Assembly: GCF_044704955.1 (NCBI RefSeq)
Contig: NC_091982.1
Location: 20,894,001-20,958,000, forward strand
From: Pristiophorus japonicus
Taxonomy: Eukaryota
Length of the DNA: 64,000 nt
Reading direction: 5' to 3'
This document shows positions 1 to 11,675 of the stretch, one piece after another (the stretch's first letter is position 1; each line of letters opens with the position of its first letter). The position numbers and the translations under genes were made by a program. Below the pieces are notes generated by a model. The model saw only the letters and a list, made by a program, of their open reading frames with translations, was not told where the DNA came from and did not search any database.

Positions 1-20
1 GAAAACAGATAGCTATTGCA

Positions 21-1175
21 ATGGGGCCTGTCCTTTCTCACCCTCTCTTGATGGCCAATTACATGCTGCAGACTCGAGCTGGCTGAAGGTACGCTCCACG
101 GCATTATGTGCCCAATGTAAGATGTGCCAGACTGATGAGGAGGACCAGACGTTACAAGCCCCGCAAGTACAGGAAGAAGCAGTCTTACCTCGACTTGCCC
201 GACACCACCTGCCTTCAGAGACTGCGCTTCCACAAAGAGGCGATCACTGATGTATGCCAGCTCATAAGGGGAGATCTGCAGCCTGCCAGCACCATCAGTA
301 CTGCACTGTCCTTCGAGGTCAAAGTCACCGCGGCACTGTCGTTCTACGCGTCGGGTTCTTTTCAGGCCTCAGCTGGCGACATTTGCGGATGTTCTCAGCA
401 GGCCACACATTGCTGCATTAGATAGGTCACTGAAGCTCTGTACACATGCAGGAGGGGCTTGATCAGTTTCCCTATGACCAGGGAGGCACAGACTGAGAGG
501 GCTCTAGGATTCTTCAGAATTGCAAACTTCCCCAAGGTGCAGGGAGCAATAGACTGTACGCACATTGTGATGCGAGAACCTTTTCAGGATGCAGAGGTTT
601 TCAGGAACCGCAAGGGCTTCCGCTCCCTGAATGTCCAACTTGTTGTCGACCACCAGCAAATTATAATGGCAGTGAATGCTCAATTTCCGGGCAGCATCTA
701 TGATGCTCACATCCTGCGCGAGAGCACTGTATCTGACTTGTTTAACAATCAGTCACAAGGTCAATGCTGGATGCTTGGTGACAAAGGATATGGCCTCGCC
801 ATCTGGCTGATGACCCCCTGCGTGACCCACACCGAAGCCAAGAGGCGATAAAACGAGAGCCACAGAGCCACTCGCAATATCGTGGAGAAAACCATTGGCA
901 TGTTTAAGCAGCACTTTAGATGCCTGGACCACTCAGGGGGCGACCTCCAATATCACCCTGAGCAGGTAGCTCAATTCGTGGTGGTGTGCTCCATGTTGCA
1001 CAACTTGGTTATCAGGAGGGGACAAGAATTGCCTGAAGAGTCTGACAATCCACTCACCACATAGAGGAAGAGGAGGACGAGGAGGCGGACGCTGACATCG
1101 GCCCAGACAATCAGGCTGACACATAAAGCTGCAAGAGCCTTATGTCAGGAGCTCATCAATGAGCGCTTTGCCTGA
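21..1175 (+). pseudogene. Harbinger/HARBI1-like DDE transposase (DDE_Tnp_4), disrupted
   Basis: ORFs 108-425, 459-851 and 882-1064 share one frame broken by stops. Motifs: ALSFYASGSFQ, GAIDCTHI, NRKGFRSLNVQ, FPGSIYDA, LGDKGY, EKTIGMFKQHFRCL, VCSMLHN. Confidence 0.9.
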
Positions 1176-1478
1176 AAGAACGTTGGTGTTATTTACAAGG
1201 CTGACACACTGCTGGGTGTGCAGGTCATACATCAATGGTGGGCATCATCTTGGTGACAGTTAAAGTTTAAGTTGATTGAAGTTAAGTGCAATTACACGTT
1301 TTGATGTTCAGGAATCACTAGTGTGCAACGGTGCAGCTATCTGAGCCAATGCGCAACAAGGTTTTGTTGAATAAAAAACATTTAAACTGAACATTAGTCT
1401 GAAATCATCAGAATTTCTGTAAAAAACAATCCTCCACCGACCCCCGACCCCCACCCCCACCGCTTCTCCTCCCCACCT

Positions 1479-1902
1479 CTACCCCTTCTCCTTCCCCTCC
1501 TGACTCCAAGCCGCCTGGCTGAGGAGCTCCTCAGGTGATGCTTCATTGGGAGTGGGGGGGGGATGACGTCCGAACCACTGCTTGAACGGATGCGGGAGAG
1601 GACAGTCCCGAGGTGGGAATGTGCTCCGAGCCAGAAGCAAGATGTTGCTGCTGGCTCTCATGTGCCATTGACAATGGGGGTGCGGCATCTTTGGATGCAG
1701 TGCCGCTCTCCGGGACCACTGGGAGCCCTCTGCCACCAGTGTTCCTGGCTACCAGCTCCAGGGCCTCCACCATCCCTTCCATGTTATATCTTATTTGTTG
1801 GACAAAAACTCGGTTCTTGGTGCTTAGTAGGCTTTTTGCTGCTGGTGAATCTCCCTCATGCCTCCCACAACAGTCAAACAAGCACACACCACAGCCACAC
1901 AC
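1479..1902 (-). pseudogene. Probable C-terminal remnant of the Harbinger second (Myb/SANT-like partner) ORF
   Basis: Frameshifted Pro/Ser-rich ORF pieces converge on the transposase inside the TIR, as in two-gene Harbingers. No Myb domain is visible, so this is an architecture-based call. Confidence 0.4.
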
Positions 1903-2221
1903 TCCTTCAATCCCTCTCAGCTCCCTCTCTCTCTCTGTCTCCTCTTCTGCATGTCATGATGACCCTTGACCTCCTGAATCGCAGGAATCAAGCATTGCCA
2001 TGCCGTTGCTAAGGACGGCGACACTTTACAGCAGCAGATCGGAGAGATTTAACACTACCACCCATTTCATATCGCTCACGGTAACGTCCAATTTCAAAAA
2101 TGGAGCCTAGGTGCTTTGAGAATGGGTGAGGAGCTGGCGATCTGAAACCCCATTTTTACCGGCCATGCCGGAAATAATGCTCATTTTTGGACAATCTGCA
2201 CAAAAGTGTAAAATCTAGCCC

Positions 2222-3362
2222 ATGGGCATTGCTCGCATGGTCATCATTTATTGCCTATCCCTAATTATCTTGAGAAAGTGCTGGTGGGCTGCTTTCATGA
2301 ACTGCAGACTAGTTACAATGCTGTTAGGTAGGGGATTTCCTGGATTTTGACCCAGCGACAATGAAGGAATGGTGATATATGTCCAAGTTAGAATGATGTA
2401 TGACTTGGAAGTGGTGGTGTTCTCATGCACCTGCTGCCCTTGCCCTTCTAGGTGGAGGAGGTTGCGTGTTTGGGAGGTGCTGCCAAAAAAGCCATGGCAA
2501 ATTGCTGCAGTACATCCTGTAGATAGTACACACTGTAGCCACAATGTGCCGGTGGTGGAGGAGATAGACATTTAGACAGTTGAACTTGTTGAATGTTGCT
2601 TGGATGGGTGCAGTTGTATTCCATCACACTCCTTACTTGGGCCTTTAGATATTGGAGCGGCTTTGGAGAGTCAGCTAGTGAGGCACTCACCGCAGGAAAC
2701 CCAGCCCTTGACCTGCTCTATTAGCCAGTGTTTTTGAGGCTGGTCCAGTTAAGCTTCTGGTCAATGGTGACCGCCAGGATGTTGAGGGACTTGGTGATGG
2801 TAATGAAATTAAATGTTAGGGAGGGCGTACTGTCCTCTCTTGTTGGAGATGGTCATTTGCTGGTATTTGTGTGGCGTGAATGTTACTTGCCACTTATCAG
2901 CCCAATCCTGGATGTTGTGCAGCTCTTGCTGCTTGCGGGCATGGACTGCTTCATTACATGAGCAATTCCGAATGGAGCCGAACACTGTGCTGTCGTCAGC
3001 GAACAGATCCACTTCTGACCTTATGATTGAGGGAAGGTCATTGATAAATCAGTTGAATATAGTTGGGCTGAGGACACTGTCTTGAAGAACTCCTGCAGCA
3101 ATGCCCTTTGCTGAGATGATAGGGCTCCAACAATCATAACCATCTTCCTTTGTGCCAAGTATGACTCCAGTCACTGGAGAGTTTCCCCCTTATACCATTT
3201 GACTTAAATTTTACTAGGGCTCCTTGGTGCCTCACTGTCAAGGGCAGTCTCTCTCACCACAACTTTTAATTCAACTCGTGTCCATGTTTGGACCAAGGAT
3301 GTAATAAGGTCTGGAGCCGAATGGTCTTGATGGAACCCAAACCGAGCAGGTTATTGTTGAGT
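2222..3362 (-). mobile_element. CR1/L2-group LINE, 3' fragment (YKAQVRSVMEY / HHHLLK family)
   Basis: Minus-strand peptides LFADDSTV, WADKWQVTFTPHK, LKAQVRSVMEY, FMKAAHQHFLK. Same family as 55653-59880. Confidence 0.85.
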
Positions 3363-3409
3363 AAGTGTATTTTTGTAGTTGTCTATATCTGTTGAAAGCT
3401 CAATGACTA

Positions 3410-3780
3410 AATTCTACCCCAGACATAAACAATTCCACCTGATGTTTCAGTTGAAACTTATAAACCAGGAAGATTCCAGGTCGGATCTGTAGTCTAAGTT
3501 GTGCTAGTTAATCTCAGTCAGGGCCACAGCAGAGGTATTATCATTATTGTCACCTCTCTGTATCCAGTGACTTCTGCTGTACATGTGGGGTTGTAGACAT
3601 CATGAGATGACAGGATCAGGGTTGGTTGTGAACACCCCACTAACACCAGTCAAACAGCTTACCAGTACTCACTGTCTGGGATTACACATGAAAAATGGCC
3701 AAGTGAGTGAGGACAACCAGCGTCTTTAGATTGAACCCAGCAACAGTTCAGAAGCGGAGGGGAGAAAATTGGTGGGCAAA
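3410..3780 (+). mobile_element. Old tRNA-derived SINE (unclassified family), degenerate copy
   Basis: Shares blocks (actcactgtct..g..cacacatgaa.aatggcca; ggagggga gaaaattgg) with 9035-9355 and 34985-35325. Boundaries approximate. Confidence 0.55.
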
Positions 3781-3904
3781 TTCTGTTTGATAAGCACTTT
3801 TCACATCTACTATGGAAAAACTGCATGTTCAATTAGGGAATTTATAGAGTCAGCACTGGATACTGCAGTGCAGAACTGTTTTTAAACAATACTTTTAAAA
3901 CATG

Positions 3905-4079
3905 GAGGTAATTTTAACTTAACTTGCCCGAAAGAAAACTGACGGATCATGCTGGCCACTCGTTTTATACCTCGACTGATTTTACTGTTTATGGAGAGTA
4001 AAATCATGATGGGGTGTAAAATGGACTGTGGGCCTGATCGAGTTAGTTTCCGCCGGGTGAGTTAGGTTAAAATTACCCC
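3905..4079. mobile_element. Fold-back MITE, Harbinger-like TIR
   Basis: Left GAGGTAATTTTAACTTAACTTGCCCG pairs with right CGGGTGAGTTAGGTTAAAATTACCCC. Internal TGATTTTACT/AGTAAAATCA palindrome. Flanks are ATG and ATA. Confidence 0.7.
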
Positions 4080-4439
4080 ATAGGGTCCAATAGTCAGAGC
4101 ATTATAACTAGCCTCTGTGAGCAATTATAAACATATTTTTAGGGCCTCTAGCAGCCTAATTTTTTTTCTTCTAACGTAATCTCCACTTGGCAGAAAGAGA
4201 GTTTGTTTTGGGGCTAGGGGAGTGTCCTGGTCAGCAACTTGGTCAATGGAAGTTATTCATATAAGGATATATATATACACATGCACAAACACACTCTGTA
4301 CACTTACTCCAGCACTTCTTGAATATTTTGGCAACAGTGGTAGCAGGCTGCTTAATATTTTTTGTCATTTAAGATATATATTAAGCATATATTATTTTAA
4401 TATCAATAACGGTAGAAAAACAACATTGAATCACTATGT

Positions 4440-4905
4440 TAGAGCTGTGGAAAGGGTTAGTTAAGATTCACTAGAATTATACCATTTGAATGAAAGGTCA
4501 TAGTTATGAAGAAAGAATTAGCTTTTCTCACCAGAACAGAGAAGGTTAAGAGAAAAATCAAAGAGCTTTTCAAAATTCTGAAAGGTTTCGAGAGGGTGAA
4601 TGGTGAAAGATAATTTCCACTGGTTGCTGCACTGGTAACAAGGGAGCATAGATTGAGGATTCTCCATAGAATTAGGAAGTTTGAAGATTTTCTTTCACAG
4701 AGGGAAATTTTACATGGTTATTACAGCATGGAATGCTTTATTACAAATGGCTACTGAGGCACATGCAGGATTGGATTATTGTGAAGGAAGAATATAAAAA
4801 GATGAAGGGAATGGGACTGGAGTAGATAATACCAGTTGAAGAGCTAGCTTTGGGACAGACATGATTGGCCGAATGATCTCCTGTGCCATAACTTCTATGA
4901 TTCTA
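4440..4905 (+). mobile_element. CR1 LINE 3' fragment, highly decayed
   Basis: Degenerate RT C-terminus (agattcactagaattatacca...gagaaggttaagag) and CR1 tail ending ttctatgattcta. Confidence 0.7.
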
Positions 4906-5004
4906 CATTGTTAAAAGCATATAAAAAAAAACAGAATTAGTGTACTTAAATTTACATTTTTAAAAGTTAATTTAGCTCTCTTTATAGATCAGAGTAAAGT
5001 CACC

Positions 5005-5620
5005 ATTTTGGAGCCATACAGACCAGATGGTCCTCGGTTCGATCCCTAGTTGCACTGAATTAGCTGATCTTTCCCAGGACTTTAATGTTGGCTATAGTGC
5101 CCTTCTATTATCGGCCAGGATTCCATGATTGGTATTGAAATGTATCCTGGACTGTAATGTAAATCTGTTCTCATCTGTTCCATGTAATACCCTTATTTGC
5201 ATAGTACTACATGTAACGTGATTTATGGATTGTACTAAACTGCACCTTGAAATGAAATGCACGCTAGTGCATTGTATGGAACCGCTGTCAGCATCCAAAC
5301 CAATTGTATGAAATTGCTGACCGCAAGGTACTGAGCTATTTTCCAATGTATTGTGAAAATTTTATATGAATAAAGTATATTTTTGAAAAAGAAAAATCAG
5401 CCAGGATTTCCAATCCTGACCATTATCTGCATGTGGCTGTCAGGTGAGAGCAAGATGTTCTCTTCTGTGGTATTCAGCTGTAATATTCTCCAGTTGTATA
5501 GCCTTCCAAATCTAATTTCCAAGGTTCACATGTGAAAAATGTCTAATTGGACGAGTACCAGATGCCGACTGCCATGGATCCACAGCCCAGCAACAGAGCT
5601 AACATCTTCAGAAGAGGATA
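5005..5620 (+). mobile_element. Old tRNA-derived SINE interrupted at ~5090-5395 by an AATAAA/poly(A)-ended insert (L1/Tx1-like 3' UTR)
   Basis: B-box GGTTCGATCCC at 5036-5046. The SINE body resumes at ~5396 (aatcagccagg). The insert ends AATAAAgtatatttttgaaaaagaaaaa. Confidence 0.5.
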
Positions 5621-5623
5621 CTA

Positions 5624-5648
5624 ATATATATATATATATATATATATA
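5624..5648. repeat. (TA)n microsatellite
   Basis: Direct reading, about 12 TA units. Confidence 0.95.
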
Positions 5649-5830
5649 GTTATTTAAAAAAACGCTGATGGTGTTGACTCTTGATAGAGTACAGTTCCAC
5701 AGGCCCTGGTAGCTCTGATACCAGAGTTTTGGAGATTTTTTTTTCTCCACATATGGGTCTGTTAAGGCCTGGAATCCTCTCGCAGGGACAGTAGTTTAAG
5801 CAAACTCCACAACAGCTTTTGAAGGGAAGT

Positions 5831-6013
5831 AAGAACATAAGAACATAAGAACATAAGAATTAGGAACAGGAGTAGGCCATCTAGCCCCTAGAGCCTGCTC
5901 CGCCATTCAAAAAAGATCATGGCTGATCTGGCTGTGGACTCAGCTCCACTTACCCGCCCGCTCCCCTTAACCCTTAATTCCCTTATTGGTTAAAAATCTA
6001 TCTATCTGTGATT
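5831..6013 (-). mobile_element. Young CR1 (HER1-like) 3' end, ~180 bp
   Basis: (AAGAACAT)n tail and 3' UTR nearly identical to 35413-35590 and 38058-38230. Confidence 0.85.
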
Positions 6014-6479
6014 TAGTGTGGGGGAAAAGCAGGGGATAGGGACCAAGTGGATCGAGCTCTTTCTGAGAGCTAAAACAGGTACAAATGGCCGAGTGGTCTC
6101 CTTCTGTGCTGTAAAATATTATGATTGTATATAAATCAGGAGGGGGAAACGTGGCCGATTTATTTCCCTCCTCAGCCCAGGGGAATTAAGACCAATTGTA
6201 ATGAGCAACTGAAATCGGCTAACTAAGCTTAGACTGGAGATCAAATCTGGGACCCTCTGGCTTAGGAACATACATATTCCAAGATTGGGCCCTTTACTGT
6301 ACCTGACCGAGTGTAGATGCCATATGTCACGTTAGTAAATGAGAAAAGTCCTGTAGAATATCTATTACAATATTGTATATTAGCAGCTGATAGATTTGTT
6401 TTTAAGTTGCTTTTTCCTCTACAGGAGAGGAGGATAGATCGCAAGATTTGGTGCATTTTTGAATAGATTTTCTAGGTCA

Positions 6480-7800
<1,321 letters not shown>

Positions 7801-8192
7801 AAGGATTATCCCATTCAAAATAAACTGGTTAAAATAAATAAGTTAAACCCGCCGTTAAGATAGTTGTCAAAGGAATTTTGTATGCGTGTAAAACATTTCT
7901 ACACTAATATTCACAGAGCATAATTCCAGGGCCTTGATGTTATAAGGGAATAATGGCATAGGTCACTGGAATTGTTATCTCTCTTCTGAAGACATTCAAT
8001 CTTGCTTGGGTACTGTTTCATGGGTGCCAATTACTCCATGGTGGCTGACCCAAAAAGCTGTTGTTCTTATATGGGAAATGGCAGAGAAGTGGGATTCAAT
8101 AGTTCCATCTTTAAAGCTGGCACATGTCCAATAGGCCAAATGGACCTCTTCTGTGCTGTAATTTCTATGATTCTAAGTGTGAGGCTAGACAG

Positions 8193-8630
8193 TCCAACAG
8201 CTGATTGGGCAGGTACAGCAGGAATGGTGAGGTCGGGGCTAGGGAGCGGCGAGAGATTGCAGAGCGACGTGATCAGGGCGCAGGAAAGACATGAGTTCGG
8301 GGCCCAGAAGAGCCGAGGGCCCAGGGGCAGCACGGGTCAGCCCACACTGCAATATGTGCATGCACTAGGTCCGTGCAGCAGAGCTGGTCTCCAATCATCT
8401 TGGTTAAAATCTTGCCACTGGACCAAGACTGAGCTCTGTCAAGCCCGTGTGGTGGCTAGTGTGCAACGGCCACCACACGTTAAAAAAATCCACACACAGG
8501 CATCTTCCACCCTTCAAGATGTAGTTCGGGACCTGGATTATTGTGTCCTTCATTGAAACACCTGTGAACTCATCCCTTTTTGACATGGAAGTAAGTCATC
8601 CTCGACACTAGGGACTGCCTAAGAAGAAGA
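8193..8630 (+). mobile_element. Unclassified GC-rich short retroposon ending in (AAG)n
   Basis: Ends gggactgcct(AAG)n. Candidate 6-bp TSD AGACAG at 8187-8192 and 8631-8636. Internal hairpin gtgtggtggct...ggccaccacac. Confidence 0.5.
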
Positions 8631-9034
8631 AGACAGGTGATTATGTTCTTTTCTCTTTATTTCTCTTTAGCTGATGCACATTAAGACCAACTGTAGAGAT
8701 GTAATGCTTGTTGTAGCCAAGATCAGCTACCTCAGCACAAACTGGGAATTGAACCTGGAACATTCTGGTTTGTATGACTCAAATCTGTGCTGCCTTTACT
8801 GAATCTGAGCTTTTGGGAGAGCATTTAAGCTTGTATTTTATGGCGAATTATGCTCTTCACTAGAGCATTGACTCTTTGAGAATGGTGTATTATACATCTA
8901 TAGGAGTAATAGTTCATATGAAAAGTTGAAGTCTTACATTCAGGATGGTGAAAACAGACTTGAAGCAATATACAGAAGTGATCCTCCTCTTAAAAGAAAT
9001 AAGCAAGCTCCCTCAATACTTTACTGACAAGTGC

Positions 9035-9355
9035 ATCGCCCAATGTGATACTGAGCCATACAGAATGAGAAGATCCCAGTTCTGTGCTGAGTTATCTGAG
9101 CTCAACCATGATACAAGTGGCCTCAGCAACCTGGGCTAGGGAGCAGAAATATCAACCAGGGCTCCAACTCTTGTGATTCCTGCTGGAAGAGGAATATGTG
9201 AACAATGGGTGAGGACAGAATAGGCTCAGTTGTGATGCTCTCCACAATTTGAATAGCCCGCCAACACTCTAGGCTCACAACAAAACAATGGCCAGTTAGG
9301 GGTGATGTATCAGAGGGCTGCCAGTGTTTGTGGAACTGTACTCCAGCATAAATTG
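9035..9355 (+). mobile_element. Old tRNA-derived SINE (same family as 3410, 5005, 34985)
   Basis: ctgagccatacaga...ctgtgctgagtta...ggtgaggacag...ggctcaca...aatggcca...gtggaactgtactccagca shared across copies. Confidence 0.6.
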
Positions 9356-9972
9356 GTGTCTTAAATCTTATATCTGTGCTTACTTTCTGCTTGCACAATT
9401 TGACTTACTTTTACACTTTTGTCAGACTTTTATGTAAAATAGATTCTGTTATAAATTCCTATCTCAATGATTATAATAGGTTTTGTTTATGTAAACATCA
9501 GTCTGATCATGGAATCTGCCCACCAGGTTTCTATAAATGATTCAAAATGCTTCCTGAATTTTTTTTCAACTACAATTTTTTTTCTCAGTAATTGAAATGT
9601 CTAATATCCAACATAAGGGTTTAAACAAGATTTTAAAATTCTAAGGATCACATATTTCACAATAAAAAGACTTAAAATTGATATGACCTGATCCTGGCAA
9701 TTACGGATTGTGCCTGTTGGTGCCCTCCAGCGCTGTTGAGTCTAGCGTTTGTCTAAGATAGCAAGCGTCTGCACCAATACGGCTGCATCTCAGGTGATCG
9801 GTTTACCCATATTGGCAGAAACTCGAAAATCCCAGTAATCTGGGGGAGTAACCAGCTCCCCCCCCGCCCCCAATTGAAGCCCACTATGTCGGAAGAGTGA
9901 TACAAAAATATTGGGAAAACATTTTTCCCTCTTTTGAGGGGGTCCAGATCACTTTGCTGCCCTTGAACCCTT

Positions 9973-9986
9973 CTGCCCCCTGGTGG
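9973..9986 (-). promoter_or_regulatory. Candidate CTCF site
   Basis: Minus strand reads CCACCAGGGGGCAG, a close match to the CTCF core, ~3 kb upstream of the Shisa ATG. Motif match only. Confidence 0.4.
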
Positions 9987-10757
9987 AGCTTGGCGGCATC
10001 TTTCTGAAGGCTACTATGCCTTGGTCTGACTCAGCTGGGTCCAGTATCGGCTGGAAAAGTAGGAACTCCCAGTGAAGTTCCTTTCTGCCTCAGCCTCACT
10101 GCCTCTGAAATGACTGGACCTGTAAAGAGCAGAAGAGATACCACCCCTCACAGCACCAAGTGGGAGATTCAGCCATCCCAAAAACACTGGGCTTGATATT
10201 TTTGCCTGGAACTGTGACTCTGAGCTGCATTTGAATTGTGTAGTCTGAGTGTGTGCATTGCACCTCATTTTCCAGGAATGCATCAATATCGTTCAGTTTA
10301 CTGTACTGATGGAATAATTTTCTTTAGCTTCAGCAGTTTCTGTTTAAACATTTTTCATAATTATGTGAGAAAGAAAAACTTACATTTATAGAGCGCCTTT
10401 CATGACCACCGAATGTCTCAAAGCGCTTTACAGCCAATGAAGTACTCTTGGTGTGTAGTCACTGTTGTAATGTGGCAAACGTGGCAGCCAATTTGTGCAC
10501 AGCAACTCCCACAAACAGCAATGTGATTGTTGTGTATCTGTAAAGCATGCACTCCCATGTTCCACCACCAGGGAGCTCATCCCCTGAAGTCCCAAGGGAT
10601 CCCAGCATCCCTTGGGAGTACTGTATATAAGCCTGTTCCTCACTCTGGAGTGTCTTATTAAAGACTGAGGTCACTGTTACTTTAAGCTCCCTGTGTGCAG
10701 CCTCATCTGTGTTAGGAACACAATAACTGCCGACGAGAATACGGATCCAACGCAAAG

Positions 10758-11600
10758 ATGCAGCAAACTGTGGGCATCCTGGAGAAGTTCTCGCAGGGTG
10801 AGGACTGGGAAGCCTATGTCGAATGGCTAGACCAGTACTTTGTAGCCAATGAGCTGGACAGAGAAGGAAGCGCTGCAAAAAGGAGAGCGGTCCTCCTCAC
10901 AGTCTGTGGGGCACCGACCTACAGCCTCATGAAGAATCCTCTGGCTCCGGTGAAACCCACAGATAAGTCGTATCAGGAGCTGTGTACACTGGTTCAGGAG
11001 CATCTTAACCCGAGGGAGAGCGTGCTGATGGCGAGGTATCGGTTCAACATGTGCCAGCGATCTGAAGGTCAGGAAGTGGCGAGCTACATCGCTGAGTTAA
11101 GGCGACTTGCAGGACAATGTGAGTTTGATGGCTACCTGGAGCAAATGCTCAGAGACTTTTTTGTACTGGGCATTGGCCACGAGACCATCCTACGAAAACT
11201 TTTGACTGTAGAGACACCGACCCTCAGTAAGGCCATTGCGATAGCACAGGCGTTTATGTCCACCAGTGATAACACCAAACAAATATCTCAGCACGCAAGT
11301 GCTAGCAATGTTCATAAATTAACTGCAACTGTGTTTGCGAGCAGAAATGTACAGGGCAGAACCCACGAGTCTGCAACTGCCAGCAGGCCTCAGGTGACCC
11401 AGGTGACAGGATCCCCAACAAAGAATGAATACAAGGCAATTCACACGTTGTTGGCGTTGTGGAGGCTTCCATTCAGCCTATTCATGCCGTTTCAAAGGGT
11501 ATGTTTGCAAGAACTGTGAAGCAATGGGGCACCGCCAACGAGCTTGCAAATGAGCTGCAAGCTCTGCAAAACCTGCTAACCACCACATGGCAGAGGAAGA
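10758..11600 (+). pseudogene. Gypsy-1 gag, frameshifted before the zinc knuckles
   Basis: EDWEAYVEWLDQYFVAN...ARYRFNMCQR...LRDFFVLGI. The double CCHC region (CWRCGG...C..C...GH) is in a shifted frame. Confidence 0.9.
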
Positions 11601-11675
11601 TTGGTCCATGGTGGAACAAAGCAATTTTGAGCCTCAGAGAGAGGAGGCAGATGCTGAAGTACAAAGTACATAAAA

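Larger units (their letters stand above)
1..2221 (+). mobile_element. PIF/Harbinger DNA transposon, decayed; left end outside window
   Basis: Harbinger-type transposase on +, remnant of a convergent second ORF on -, and a right terminus AAAATCTAGCCC (2210-2221, TIR GGGCTAGATTTT) followed by ATG. It abuts the 3' tail of a LINE. Confidence 0.8.

Noticed and set aside
21-1175. Domesticated HARBI1 host gene
   Set aside because: Several in-frame stops, a TIR and an intronic location indicate a dead transposon.
8002-8556. 184-aa ORF near Shisa
   Set aside because: Non-ATG start, spans a CR1 tail and a retroposon, and has no recognisable domain.
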